Below are positions 24,101 through 38,249 of a stretch of 64,000 nucleotides of DNA, piece by piece (position 1 is the first letter of the stretch; each line of letters starts with the position of its first letter). The translations under genes were made by a program, and so were the position numbers. The notes under the pieces are model-generated. The model worked only from the letters and a program-made list of their open reading frames with translations, was not told where the DNA came from and did no database searches. The DNA is from Mizuhopecten yessoensis (Eukaryota). The stretch covers positions 1,137,390 through 1,201,389 of the forward strand of contig NW_018408917.1 of assembly GCF_002113885.1 (NCBI RefSeq), written 5' to 3'.

Positions 24101-26113
24101 GGTTTCAGAACACAGAGCTACAGTACAACTCTTTACATAGCGCCGTTGCCTCCCCCCCCCCCCCTTATTTTGGAAGGAGACTCCCGATGTTGGACTCTAA
24201 AAATTGGTGTTTTCAATCGGTGAATTTGCTTAACTGTTCCTATATTCCAAGATCTAATGATTTCATCTGAAAGAACAACTCATAACATGTCATTTAAAAG
24301 GGTTATTTTGTTTCTCGGGTGTACCAGACTTACACATTCTGTAATTTCTGACATACAGATATAGATGTCTGGTGTGGGGCCAGCAGAGGAAATGAAAACA
24401 TTCCTAATAGGAATAATATAGTCAGAATAAAATATGTGTGTAATATTTATTATTATAATAGTCGATAACGATGGATCTTCAGTGTGAAGTAACTTCCTAA
24501 GTTCCTATATCGTACAATGAAAATATCTATATAGTCAATCTCTGATGTCACTGCGAATCGGTACACTATATACACTTCGTGCCCAGTTTCTGTGGCTGTC
24601 AATTTATAGCACAAATTCTACTGTGATACCTCTATGGTTAATAAACTCGGAAAAGTATCAGGGGAAAATGTTGACAAATATTTCAAATTGAACTTTTGTA
24701 TAGATACAGTTTTTTTTAAATGACAATAAAATGTTATGCATATATACAGTCGATATAATATGAAAAGACAAAGCCTGAAAAGAGGATACTGTAGCTTTTG
24801 CTAATCCCTGATATTTACTGAATCAGAATATTTTTGTATCATAGATGATTGCAATTGGTATTGAAAATATATTATTGTTTGCTTCAACGTCATCTTTTTT
24901 GTTTTGTGCCCATCAAAATCAAGGTAAAGATTTGTTCTTGTTTAAATTATGAAGGTAAAACTGACGCTAAACTAAAACTGACCATAATCGCAGGCTCCAA
25001 AATTCTGATTGGTCGCCTGTTTATGGTCAGCTATATATTATATATCTATAAGCTACCTGCTCAATAAAACAGGGATTTGTCGCGGAAAACTGGAAAATAT
25101 TTATACCTAGTATATTTCAGTTGATTCATTTCTTACTCACTTGACTATTTGTCATGTCCCAACAGTGAACTAGACTCATTTATATAGATGCTAAATCATT
25201 TTATTCCATTGAGGTAGTGTCAATTGCTTACACAGACAGTCAGAATAGCCCTTAAAATCTTATTCAAACAGCAACAAGCTTAATACATAAGTATCAATCT
25301 CAGGTGTCATCAAGTCACAGGTACTACATACCCTCTTCTGTCAATACACCCAGATTATAATATGGGTAGGTTCCCCTTGGTCTGTAGTTGTGCATGTTTA
25401 CTTTAGTAAATACATGAAACGGTGCGTTTACTGTTCACATGACTTAATCAAACAAATAAGTGAAAAGAAAAAAAAAGATCAAACTGACAAAGAACTAATT
25501 ATGAAGATGGTACAATGGTGGGTGCCAAGATCCCTCTTTGATCTCTTGTTTATAATTATTCTCTTGTTTATGTTATTTTACGTTAACTGCTGTTATATTT
25601 AGATCACTATACATGTATGTACAATATAGGTACCCATACTTAATTTCTCATGAGACATTTAATGCTACAGAAAATTGTCAATAAAAAATCATGTAAAGAG
25701 AAGTTGTTTATTTTATGAAATTTTCATCTTTGATGACGCACCACCTGTCTTCTACTGTATGCATGTCCAGCCATCAACCATCAACATTTTCTGTTTTCAA
25801 GTTCTTTAAACCATAAGGCTTAGAGGCATAGATATGAAGTAAACATGCTACCAAGTTTGTTTATATTAATGACCTTGACCCACATTTAAGATCTATCACA
25901 TGGTATATTTAAATTTTTTGATAACTACTTCTTATAAAGAACCATGATATTAAGTATGATGGTATTTAGTCTATATATAGCTTACTTGGATAAGGGACTA
26001 CATAGAAGCTTGTTTGATTGAATGACCTTGACCAAATTTCAAAGTTGCTCATCTGCACAATATATCTGGCAACAAGTATTTTGTCTGTTTCAGCATCACC
26101 AAGACAGTTCAAT

Positions 26114-28857
26114 ATGGGGAAAGGAAAGAATATTTTCGAATGTGGAGAAATCAATGTGTTTGTGTACTTTGTTGTCGCCATGTTTGGTGTTGGATCGTGG
26201 GTAGCTGTAAATGGATTGTGGGTAGAACTTCCAGTGATGGTCCCATACCTACCAGAGGGCTGGAAACTGCCATCATATTTGACTGTGATCATCCAACTAG
26301 CCAACATTGGACCTCTTCTGGTTACACTTGGGTATATGTGTTACAAAGATTCCCTGAATGAGAAGGCAATAGTGTATCTTATTCTTACAGTTGGAGCGGT
26401 GGCGTGTCTACTTCTTGCCTTTTTCTGGAAGGCCACTTCGTTGATTGCTGGAGAGGAACACAGTACAGCATTACTGGTCCTGCAATTTTTCCTTGCCTGT
26501 GTTGACTGCACATCATCAGTATTGTTTTTACCCTTCATGTCTCTGTTTCGGGTTGAGTACATGACAGGATATTTTATTGGAGAAGGTTTGAGCGGGTTAA
26601 TTCCAAGCCTGGTTGCCCTTGCACAGGGAGTGGGGAAGGTGACATGCCAAAATGTCTCCATTGTGAATACGACTACAAATATTTCTCACTACGAAATTCA
26701 ACCCAATTATCATAATCCATCGTTTCCAGTGGAGGATTTCTTCTTTTTCCTTTTTGCAATGATGATAATTAGCGCAGCAGCGTTTACATTATTGAATTAC
26801 CTCCCTTACTGCAAGAAAGAACATGTGGTTGAATTCATCATGGATGACAAAATGGAATCGAGTAGCTTAAGCAGTAACAGTCATTACGAACTGTCAAATG
26901 ATCACGGCACATTTCAGGGTAACACTTATGACAACCCCTCCGAGACGGGTCATTCCAACTCGGAACTAGTTCTGAGCAACAAGAAAAGATCAAGTCTCGC
27001 TATATGCACAGATACATATTCCTCGTCTGTTCATTCACTTAGTAAAGCTACCTATTTTTATTATCTGATTCTTATTGCTTGGATCAACGCCTTCAGTAAC
27101 GGTGTTCTACCTTCTATCCAGACGTATTCCTGTCTCCCTTACGGAAACAATGCCTACCATTTAGCTGTTACCTTGGCAAGTATTGCCAACCCTGTGGCTT
27201 GTTTTGCAGCGTTTTTACTACCAGTGGCCACTAGTGTCGTCATAAATGTGCTCACTTTCTTAGGAACATGCTTGGCTGCTTTCATATTGGTTATGGCTGT
27301 TCAGAGTCCCACCCCAGTATTGTACGATAGTGAAGCTGGACCAGTGATTGTGGTAAGAAATTTTTGAAACAGCTTCATATGTAAAAGTACATCCGTGCGT
27401 CGAAAACCTGTTCAAACTTAACACACACACATATTTAATACAAAGGTTTACAGTTACATGTACAAAGTGTCAGTCTACATTGAAAATTTACACAGTGATT
27501 GAAACGAAACTACATATATAATTGATGCAGGTCTATAAATTAATTTTCAAATACACTAGTCAGTTTGGCTAGTAGTTTCAAGTTTTCTTCTAACCCAATA
27601 TTATTCAAAATGATACTTAATATCAAATTTTTACTTGTTTTCAGAACCACTAGCATGCACAATAGTCCAGCTGGAGATTTCACTAGTCTCAGACTATTGG
27701 GCTAGCTACCCTTATAATTATTGTCCAGTCCTGAAATGACTACATCCAGAAAATAAATTGATATTGTTTTTCAATTTGTTCAAAAGTGTTTATATTGTGT
27801 CTATGGAGCACGAAACTTGATATTGCTAGTAAGTTAATGCTTGTCTTACAAAGATTATCAAATCTGTAGGCTCAAGCTCAGCATTAATAATAAAGATAGC
27901 TCTAGGAAACGTAAAACAAGTTTTCAGATAATGAAGTGTTCTGTTTGGACAGATCATATTCTTAAGTGTCAAGATTGATCATTTTCCGTCAGAAAATGTC
28001 GGCTTATACATTTCGGCTAAAAAAGTTTATTTCGGCTAAAAAAGTTTCAGCAAATCTTAACAGACAATTTTATGTGACTGTTCATATCATAAATCATGAT
28101 CAATGGAAAACTAACTCATTACTTAAAATTGAGTGGTCATTTAGAATGGACCAACAACTATTGCCCAGCTCCCCCCAAAGAAAAAAAGATCCCAGATCTT
28201 TATCACCAGAAGTGATGAAACAGTTTAAATAGTTGATTTATATCATTTTCTATATAATACCTGTCAATGACAGGTATCAAGCTCAAATCCCAGGTTTGTA
28301 ATAAACTGTTACAAATGGAGGTCCTATAGCTACTAGAGAAGACAGCTGTTTTACATTTATCTTAAACAAGTTCTGCCACCATTTGTCCAGTACATTTTGG
28401 CATTTTAAAGGTGATTTTATGTATCGAGATAACCATATAGAAGAAAAAAGAGAAATAAAGGAATCGTAAAAAAAAAAGGGAAATTAGGAATCGTAAAGAA
28501 AAAAGGAAAATGGGGACCTTGAAATACATTCAGAGTACCCAAGGTTTGTAAATGACGATCACTAAGATTTTTATTGCTTCTTCATCAAATATTTCAATGC
28601 ATATTGCTAAATCAATATAACATAATGTAAATCAATTACTTTTATTTTCATAATTTCAGATTTTAGCCTGGGTCCTATTTACCACACTGATGACATTTTC
28701 AAAAGTTTCCATAGCAACGCTCTTCCGGAAAGAAGGGAAGAAAGCTCTGCTTTGGTGCGGGGCCGTTACCCAGGTGGGATCAGTCATTGGTGCCCTTGTG
28801 ACATATCAATTGGTCAATGTGTTCACCATTTTTCAAAGTGCTCCAGCATGTCCTTGA
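26114..28857 (+). CDS. SLC52A3: Riboflavin transporter, SLC52A (RFVT/GPR172) family, 478 aa; join(26114..27352,28660..28857)
   Basis: FGVGSWVAVNGLWVELPVMV..LPEGWKLPSYLTVIIQLANIGPLLVT, VDCTSSVLFLPFM, GEGLSGLIPSLVALAQGVG, NGVLPSIQTYSCLPYG, ANPVACF; second exon ILAWVLF..ALLWCGAVTQVGSVIGA..; GTG|GTAAGA and tttcag|ATT, phase 0; acceptor at 26093 precedes the ATG. The symbol marks family likeness only; one-to-one orthology to SLC52A3 is not established. Confidence 0.95.
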
Positions 28858-29520
28858 CCTTGTGAGAGAAGTTTGTAATCAAAAGGTTTTTCATTTACTT
28901 AAAAGTATATGTGTGAATATATACAAAGCCACTCCTGTGTAACTTTGTGATAAATACAGAAGTACTTATTGCGTGCCTTATATATGCCTCATAATATTAA
29001 TAATTATAATTACGGAAAAGAAAGCTATAGATTAGATATATTATGTTTTTTATAAATCATGTTACATATCATCATTCTTAAACTCAGAATCTGTGCAACT
29101 CGAAGCATTGTTCAAGAGATTTTTTTTCTATTTTTGCTGACAAATATAATTCTTTCTGCACTTAGGCGAGATGTCATTCCTATGTTTAGTGCTGACTTTT
29201 TTTTAAATTTGTTGCAAGATCTCTATTAGTTGAAATGAAAGTTTGTTTGTGGAGTTGGATATACTTTGTACTAGTATTTGGTACCATGACCGGATTAGAA
29301 CTTGCTAGGAAAAATACTGGTCCATACCCGTTTCCAAATTTATACTGGCAATGTACCACTATCACGTGAGGTGAACTTTAATGAATATTTGGTTAAAAAT
29401 TGAGAGAGAAAAAAATGAAGAAATGATGTTTGCATTTGAGTAATTCATGTGTGCCACTATCACAGGAAAGGATCAGGAGTCTGTGTTCTCTATTTTTTTA
29501 CTTTTCACAGAATATAAAAA

Positions 29521-29643
29521 AAATACCCATACTAAAAACTTAGCACAATCCTTAGAATTATAATAGGTAAAATGAAACTCATAAATTACCCATACTAAAA
29601 ACTTAGCACAATCCTTATAATAGGTAAAATGAAACTCATAAAA
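29521..29643. repeat. ~62-bp direct duplication downstream of the SLC52 stop
   Basis: TACCCATACTAAAAACTTAGCACAATCCTTA..TAATAGGTAAAATGAAACTCATAAA present twice. Confidence 0.85.
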
Positions 29644-29940
29644 TGCTTATTATTCAAACAGTAGAAATAGATAACAAATAGTTCATATAGATCCACATGA
29701 GATTGTTTAGTTATATAGTTTATTCAATATTTAGATTTTAGGATTATCATATAATGTATGTCTATAACATTATACAAACACGACCTTGACCAGCTGCTCT
29801 ATACGTACTGAAAGTGATAATAAATATACTGTCACAATAGTCGTAACCAAAACAACTGTTGCTCTTTGTTTGCTGACTAGGAGAATATGATGGCTTCTAA
29901 TTTGAATAACAAGTGGTACATATGGAGAATAAATGCCTTT

Positions 29941-30035
29941 TTAACCCTTTCACCCCTAGGTAACTTTAGTAGACTACATGTACCATACATTTATTTGGAT
30001 GAGTCCATTATGGTCTACATTGGTGAAAGGGTTGA
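29941..30035. mobile_element. piggyBac-like mini-MITE
   Basis: TTAA-CCCTTTCACC ... GGTGAAAGGG-TTGA; relatives at 19773-19856 and 32651-32746. Confidence 0.6.
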
Positions 30036-30527
30036 AGGGACATCACAGTGAAGCATATTTTCATTCATTTTTTTTACAAATACTACATACACATATCAAG
30101 TGAGTCTCCTTATGGAACATAACGGTCAATTTGGATTTGGCTTATATGTGTTCATAAAAATTAATAATTTTAAGATAATTATCGGGATTTTTGCCTGTCT
30201 GACTAACGTTTTTGTTCAGGGATTTCTCTGCATCACAGCTACTAACGCACGCCCATAGAACACCATTTCATTGTGAACGAAATGACTGGCTGTGGGTAGT
30301 GTTAGTGAGTGAAAATCTCGGTCTGACCACCTGTGTTTACTGCCTCGTTTCAAACCGTCACGTGACGTTATCAGTGCCATTTAACAGGGCTTTCCCGAAC
30401 AATTTAAGTGGTCAAAGTAGCCGTTTGGAATAGATTATGAATATGGGAATAGCAAGGAAACATAATTGGCAGTGCGGACAATACATATATTCAATAACTG
30501 AAATATTGGTTTCCGCGGTATGTCCCT
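30036..30527. mobile_element. Short internally deleted Kolobok-type element
   Basis: AGGGACATCAC ... GTATGTCCCT|TTAA; both arms match the 13059-14561 element. Confidence 0.8.
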
Positions 30528-30629
30528 TTAATTCAACATCCAAACGTTATGAACATTACATTGAGAGTCCTGTTATGTATATAGGTTAATACATTTTGAA
30601 TATAACCTCATTTTATCTGTAATGTAATA

Positions 30630-32012
30630 TTTTCAGACCTATATCTGAATATGACAAAGTCTCAAGTGACCTTTTGCAATCGCCTTTTGTCCAGCGGCGT
30701 CCGTCGTCCGCCGTGCGTCCGTAAACAATTTATATTTTCGACTTCTACTCCAAAACCCCTGAACCAATTTCAATGAAATTTTGCAGAAACCTTCCATGGC
30801 CAAAGGTCAACTAAAATTGTGAATTATATGGTCCCCAGCCCCCAGGGGCCTGAGGGGCCGGGCCGAAAAGGGTAACATTGACTAAAATTTAAAAAATCTT
30901 CTTCTCAAGATCCAGATATGGTAGAATCAAATACTCTTCATAGATGTATGGGTCATAAGGTGCTTTACTAAAATTGTGAATTTCTTGACACTGGGGTTTC
31001 ACGTTTCCCCCTGGGGAGGGGGTAAACTTTACTATAGTTTATATAGGGAAATTACATTTTGGACCAACATTTGTTTAATTGCCATTGGAAGTAATTCAAT
31101 TGGGGTTAGCATTATCAGTATTGGATAGCAGTTTGATGGTAAGCACATATCAGCCCTGACTGACCCCCCGGGGCTGATGGGTGGGGCCAAAAACGGTTGA
31201 ATTGACTGAAATTTCAAAATCTTCTTCTCAATACCCAGATATGGTAGAATCAAATACTCTTCATAGATGGAAGGGTCTTAAGGTGCTTTACCAAAATTGT
31301 GAATTTCATGACCCTGGGGTCTCACGTTTCCCCCTGGGGAGGGGGTAAACTTTACTATAGTTTATATAGGGAAATCACATTTTGGACCAACATTTNAAAT
31401 GATTGGAAGTAATTCAATTGGGGTTAGCATTATCAGTATTGAATAGCAGTTTGATGGTAAGCACATATCAGCCCTGACTGACCCCCCGGGGCTGATGGGT
31501 GGGGCCAAAAACGGTTGAATTGACTGAAATTTCAAAAATCTTCTTCTCAATACCCAGATATGGTAGAATCAAAAACTCTTCATAGATGGAAGGGTCTTAA
31601 GGTGCTTTACCAAAACTGTGAATTTCATGACCCTGGGTCATAAAATATGTTATGGTTGATGATGGCAAATGATACTTTGAATATTACATGTTGATAACTT
31701 GATTGGAATTATAACCCTAAGTTGACAGTTTGATACTTTGAAAATTTTGAGCCATCCCCGCCCCCAAGGGCTGTAGGGTGGGGCCCAATGGAGTCTGTGT
31801 GTTAAAATAAAATTTCTTCATTTTCCTTGTTTAGAATCAGAGGTGCTAGTTTCAAATACTTTTCAGTATTAAAGCTGCATGCTAGATATTGAATAAGGTG
31901 GTTTTATTGTTTTTTGTCACTTTGAATAATATTTCTGTTCATGTTAAAAACAAAAATCAACTCTCTGTATAAATATACCAGGTGACCGTTAAGGCCCATG
32001 GGCCTCTTGTTT
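30630..32012 (+). mobile_element. Helentron-type HINE with central tandem repeats
   Basis: (CGTC)n microsatellite ~30700, ~330-bp repeated block, 3' end CAGGTGACCGTTAAGGCCCATGGGCCTCTTGTTT; same family inverted at 43779-44752. Confidence 0.85.
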
Positions 32013-33869
32013 AAATATAACCACGTATTTATATTTTAAACAGAACAGTTTATGCACATAGAAGCAAAATTTCGAAGATGTCTGCACCAGGTTGCTTAGA
32101 TTTCAATAATTATTGCAAGACATGAACATTTGACCATCTGCATCACCTTGCCTTAAATAAGAACCTGGTCTACAGTATCAGCAGGCCTAGGCTTGCCAAA
32201 ATATATACATGTACTGTACTAGTATGACCAGGAATGGTTTTAAGTGGGTTTTTTTATCTTAATTCACATGGGACCAGATTTATTGTGATATCAAATAGAT
32301 TGTTCATGGTTTTTTGTTTTGTTATTTTGTACTTAGATAATTTAAAGGTTTCAGTTTTATTGTGTTTTGATTGTGTTTATGTGTGTTTGGAATATATTTA
32401 ACCAGAAATCTGATATTTTATTGTTTTATTTCACATAGAAAACAGGTGGTTAGATAGACTGGCCTCATTAACAAAATTCTCAGATTGTTGTGTAAGTTAC
32501 ATTATGTATAACATAGGACCAAATGTTTCTGGACTTTGATCTGTGGTTTTGAAGAGTAAGGAACAAATTTATTCAAGCATCTCTGACTCATAGTTTTTAT
32601 TTAATATTATTATAAATGTTATTTACAAAAATATGTGCATTTAAATTGCATTAATTCTTCCACCCTAGGCCTGAAGACACATTTGAACTCTTCCAATACA
32701 AAGGATGGAATAGTTCATTATGAAGTTTCAGGGGTGAATGAGTTAAATGATAGACATCATATTAATAAAGATTGTCTGAAATCCTTATTTTTAATTGGAA
32801 AATATATTTAATTGCGGTAGCATTGTCAAGCTAAGGTGCGTATAGGTGAATGAGGATGATATGTTTAATATATTACAAATGTACATTATTCTTATATATT
32901 TTAACCTCTAATATAAACCTTAAATTACTCTGGCAACATCATGTTTATTTTCCTTCTGAATTCATTTCCGATACATATTATTGTCTAAAAATAAAACAAA
33001 AGTGACATGTTTTTTCCTTTTAATAATACACAAGTTTTATTCACAAACCTTTACTACTGAAGGGGATTATTTGGCCCTACATCCATGGCCATCTGTCAGT
33101 TAGACTAAGCTACTGCAGTCTACTCCATTTTGTCTATGGCACATTTCAATATTTTTTCTCCAGAGTAATTGCCCTTAATTAACCATGTGTCACATTTTTC
33201 GGTGGTATTTCTAAGCACTTTCGAGACTTTCAGAAAATGATTTCCTATTTAGAAATGTAATTGTTGATAGTCAGGGTAAGAAATTGAATCTCTTTATGTT
33301 ACTTGAGGATAAGCCGTACATTTTCTTCTGAATTATTTAATAGAATTTAACCAATTTATTTTATGATGTTAATATTTATTTTGATGTTTGTTGTTGATTT
33401 TCTTTGTTTACTGTACATTTTGTTTTTTGATAATGTTAATTTTTACAACGTGTGTTTTATGATGTCAACTTCACAACATATAATATTTTGGTATTGAACT
33501 TTTCTGTATGGATAATACATTTATGTATTTGTCGCTTCAACATAAATGAAAGATGGTAATATCAGTCAGCCTTAGAATGTTACCTCTGTCACTCTCACTA
33601 TCCATAACGTCATACTTTGGTCTAGTCTATTTTGTACTCATGTGGTCAATATTGTAATGTTATAGGACAAAATTCTCAATATATTTACAATAGCTTATAA
33701 TGGTACTGATGGCACACCTGCATTGGGTCAGACCAGAAGCCTCAATGCTTCGACATTATCGGCAGATGTAATAGATATGTTACATGTAAAAAAGAGGGAA
33801 TGACAAATCCAAAATTATTCAATGTGTGTGCAAGTGTGTGTGTGTGTGTGTGTGAGTGAGAGGGGGGCG

Positions 33870-34460
33870 GGGTGTAGGAGTGTATATATATATATGTCTT
33901 GATTAATAATGGTCGGTGTTATAGTAGTTGGAATAACAGGTGAATGGGAGGTGTGTGCAGGGCTTGGAATGGATATTATGTATATGTCTTGATTCTCACA
34001 GATAATAATGATTGGTTTGATGAAAGTTGGTATGACAGGTCAATTGGGCAGGTTGGTCGGGTTTGGGATGGGAGTGTGTATGTGTCTTGGATTCTTACTG
34101 CTAATAGTGGTCAATAGTGGTCAGTGTGATAGAAGTTCGAGTAACAGGTCAACAGGACAGGTTGATTGGTCAGACTTGGGTGGGAGTGTGTAGGTGTCTT
34201 AGATTCTTACTGCTAATATATAGTTGTCAGTGTGAAAGAAGTTAGAGTAACAGGTCAACAGGACAGGTTGATTGGCCAGACTTGGGTGGGAGTGTGTAGG
34301 TGTCTTAGATTCTTACTGCTAATATATAGTGGTCGGTGTGATAGAAGTTAGAGTAACAGGTCAACAGGACAGGTTGATTGGCCGGGCTTGGGATGGGAGT
34401 GTGTATACTATATGTCTTGATTCTTACTGCTAATAAAGTCAGTGTGGTAAAAGTTGGTTT
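33870..34460. repeat. ~106-bp tandem repeat (3 well-conserved copies plus 2-3 diverged), preceded by (TG)n
   Basis: TAACAGGTCAACAGGACAGGTTGATTGG at 34142, 34248 and 34354. Confidence 0.88.
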
Positions 34461-36454
34461 AAATACATTGGAAATAGACCATACAAATGTTTGCTTCAGA
34501 TCGCCATTAAACCATACCCAATGGTATCCCTGCAGTCTATGATTTAACTACATCATACATAATGTAATGTATATTAGAAATATTGTGGATACATTCCAAG
34601 ATGTGTTTCAGTGCTAGGACTGTGATTTTATTTAAATATCATCATTGGTTTAATTATTTTGCTTTTCATAGTGCTGTTTTGTGATATTTCTTAATACTAA
34701 AGCATTGTAAGTCAATTATAATTATATTTGTTTGATTATTTATTATTATGCTCAATATTTATGTATCACATATGTAGACTGTGTGTACATAGTGGTACAT
34801 TATGTGTATTACTCAATACAAAGGCCTGGCCTAGTCTGTCCATGTGTGAATGTTTACGTCACACCTGAGTGATAGAGTGGAAAGTATAAACATCTAGCCC
34901 CTGTGACTGTGCGTGTCTCGCGATTATTCTCGTAGACGTATGCGCAGCCACATTTCCTCACAGACCACAACCCCTCATCCTATCACTCACAGCTAGGCCT
35001 GAGACCTGGTAAGATAGACTAACCTGGTGATACGTTTCTTTATTATGTATAAATGAAGCCTGCAATTACAATATGAATACTTTTTAAGTCTATGTAATAG
35101 ACAATTGTAGGTCTTAATATATATTATTAATAACATGAATCCAAATAGAGAGGTTAATAAATAGATAAACACAAATGATAAAAGGAACAATTAATACAAT
35201 TGTATTTTTTTTTAAATGAAAATTTTAAGATGCAATGAATGATATATCACGAGGTGTACTAAAAGCTTATAATAATAACGTTTAAGAACTGTTTAGCCTT
35301 AATTTAGATTTTGTATATCAGCAATATAATTCACAAGATAATTTCTTGGAGAATGATTTATTAACTGCCCGTTTTGCTTTGCATAAATAAGTGGCAAGTC
35401 GTTGTCACATCTGAGCACTAACACGATATAAAGCCGAGTTTCCTACTTACTGTAACGTGATGATTATCTCTGCAAAATTATCTTGGAAAATGTAAAAAAA
35501 AATATGTAGACAAAATTTAAAACATTATTGCGACTTATTCATAGATTATGTGACATCTGTTCAAAATTATGTCAACACAGGTAGCTCGCAAGTTGAAAGT
35601 CAATGGCAGAGATATGCCATCATACAAATACAAAAAGAAATCAACAACATTGTTCAGAGTGTTACAATGCAACGGGGCAAGATCGTTAGGGATCTGAGAA
35701 TTTCTTACAGTTATGTTTGGACCAATCCTGATGTGTAGAGTAATATTAGATCGTAATAAGTATTAAAGGTTTAAATCAACACTTGATAAAAGTGCCAACC
35801 GCCAAATTGTGCTATATGTATAAACTTGAAGGGTGGAAAGATCTCAATGTTGAAAAACTGACCCCATGCACCTAACTTTCTTTTAGCAAAATTCCCATTT
35901 CTGGTGGATGTTTGGTTTTGAGTAATATTAGACACCTATTTGTACGTACATCTGTACATTACAACTTCTCATGTCCCTTCTTTCTTGAAATAGGGTTTCT
36001 ACAGAAATATAGCATAAATAACATATATGTTTATGTAAATTGACCAGGATCTGATGTGTGTGATAATAAGTGTAATGTAATGTTAGTGTAGTGTTTGTAC
36101 TACAGAATGGGTTGACCATAGGGATGTTTTCAAACCTAAGTGTTTGTGATTGATGAATTTTGAAATTAAACAGAATATTTAAAAATGAATGATATGTGAT
36201 TTTTAAGTGACTTTATTTGCTAAAGGCTCAAGTGACCTATTGCGATTTATTTTATCTGACGTCATGTGACTTGCAACTTGTTAACTAGTGTTAACTTTTA
36301 ACATGTACATTTTCAGCTATAACTGATATGCTTCTGAAGGGATGTAATCAATACTTTATAAAAGTATAGATTTTATTCATTTCACAACAATTATGAAACA
36401 ATTTATTTTAACTGATATTAATCACTCTTGTTGGCCTGAATGTTAGTGGCGGGG

Positions 36455-36610
36455 GGTGTCTTATTATGGGAGGAAACTGGAGTACCCGAAAAAAAGACCA
36501 CATTGTCGTGCAGGTGACCCCCATACCTTTTTATGTCTGATCTGGGAATCGAACCCTGACCGCCTTTTTGAAAGGCAAGTGCGCTATCTACTGCACCACC
36601 TGAGGGCCTT
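36455..36610 (-). mobile_element. tRNA-derived SINE with V-like domain
   Basis: GGGAGGAAACTGGAGTACCCG (reverse complement of the V core), GGGAATCGAACCC (reverse-complement B-box), CTACTGCACCACC (reverse-complement A-box). Confidence 0.7.
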
Positions 36611-37404
36611 AATCAATACGTTGTGGGAATATTACTGACATCGTCCAAAGTAGGTGTAACATTTCAGGTTCATCACTTATATATTGTGGCTGCTACACTA
36701 AAATAACCCACAAAACTCGAACTTTACTATACATAAGTGATTCAAGCCTTTCTAAGTGACAAACGCTTCAAAGAAATTTCGTACAGGTAATGTTGCTAGA
36801 ATCAATTAATATCAACAAGCAGAATTTGTGGCCGTATTGTTAGAACAAGAGGCCATGGGGCCGTACTTTCTCACTTGGTATTTCATTTTCAATTTAAAAC
36901 CTGCTGAATACCATATACCAGTTAACCTGAGGAGTAAACGATTTTAAATCTTCAAGAAGGAGTTAATCTGTTGTGTTAGGTAAGACCAAATCAAGAGCAT
37001 GAGAGTATTATTCTTCATGCCCAGCATTTTTGTATATGGTTATGGAGTAGTGATTTCAACACTTTCGATATTAAGACAGATGAAGTTATTCCCCAGGGAT
37101 GGGTTTGAGGCCAATCCTGTTATCATGTAGCTATATATCTGGTCATGGGGTGGGGAGAAAATCCCTCGATTTATGCTGAATGTGAAGAGTTTTATTGATT
37201 TACCTCATTTTCACATATTTGCCCTGACTCTCTATCCCTAGGCGTCACACACTCTCCATTCATAAAACAAAAGTGATTGCCTTTTGGCCAAGGATCGATG
37301 CTCTAGACCAAATTGGGTTAAAAATTCCTCAATTGCTACAGAGTCAAAAGTTTTTTTAAAGATTATCCTCTGTTACCCAATGCGATATGTTTGTGTTTGT
37401 CTCC

Positions 37405-37645
37405 TTGTGATAGCGCCGACTTTATAGTGCTACCTCACTGAAACATACTGCCGAAGACACCCATCAGGACACCCCACCCAGTCACATTATACTGACAACG
37501 GGCGAACCAGTCGTCCCAATCCTAAATTGCTGAGCGTTAAGCAGGAGTAGAAACTACCATTTTTACAGACTCTGGTATGTCTCGGCCAGGGGACAGAACC
37601 CAAAGCTTTCCTCACAGGGGCGAACGCTCAACTAAAGGCCAAAAG
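37405..37645 (-). mobile_element. SINE with Meta-like central domain
   Basis: GACTTTATAGTGCTACCTCACTG..CCCCACCCAGTCACATTATACTGACA; shorter copies at ~55720-55805 and ~57715-57825. Confidence 0.7.
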
Positions 37646-38249
37646 TGAGGCATTGTCAAGGGAGACATCAGGAAGAAGGTTGTTTAGAAAGAAGAGAAAA
37701 GATAAGATCCCAAATTTAGTCGCCTCTAACGATCAGGCAATGGGAGCAGCAGGTACAATTCTAACGCCCTACCTGCAGTTTGGAAATAGTTAAAGGGCAG
37801 CAAAACAATTTTCTTAATGTATCGCAAGCAGAAAACAGACGAAACAAACAGTTCTGAAGTGGGTCCCACATTATGCGCGCCTTTTACGATGGCATCCTTT
37901 GGGATACAGCAAGCTTATTCATTCCACAAACCTGCAGGTGATCACTTAAAGGGCCATCGAATATCCCCTAAATAGATAGCATAGAAGAAAAATCCCGGAT
38001 TCTGCCATGGGCTCAACATTAGGTAGAATAATTTATCTTATTCCTGAACCTGGCATGTATTGTACAGAATTTATTTCGATACATTGCATTGGGTATAATT
38101 GATAACTCTGCATATATATATATATATGAATGAAACAGAGCATAAATGAAATCGTTCATCTGTAAACGTTAAAAAATTTCGTACATTTACAAATTCTTTC
38201 AAGCTTTTTAGATCGCACTGGAAATAGGTGCGCATGCGCGGATAGAGGA

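Noticed and set aside
26018-26113. 32-aa N-terminal extension of SLC52 in the ORF track
   Set aside because: Begins at TTG inside a HINE-derived fragment (AATGACCTTGACC) and crosses a strong acceptor (ttgtctgtttcag, 26093); ATG 26114 is the likely start
35400-35750. Possible transposase remnant (Cys-spaced HCSEC.. pattern)
   Set aside because: Too degenerate (multiple stops, no clear termini) to assign without a search
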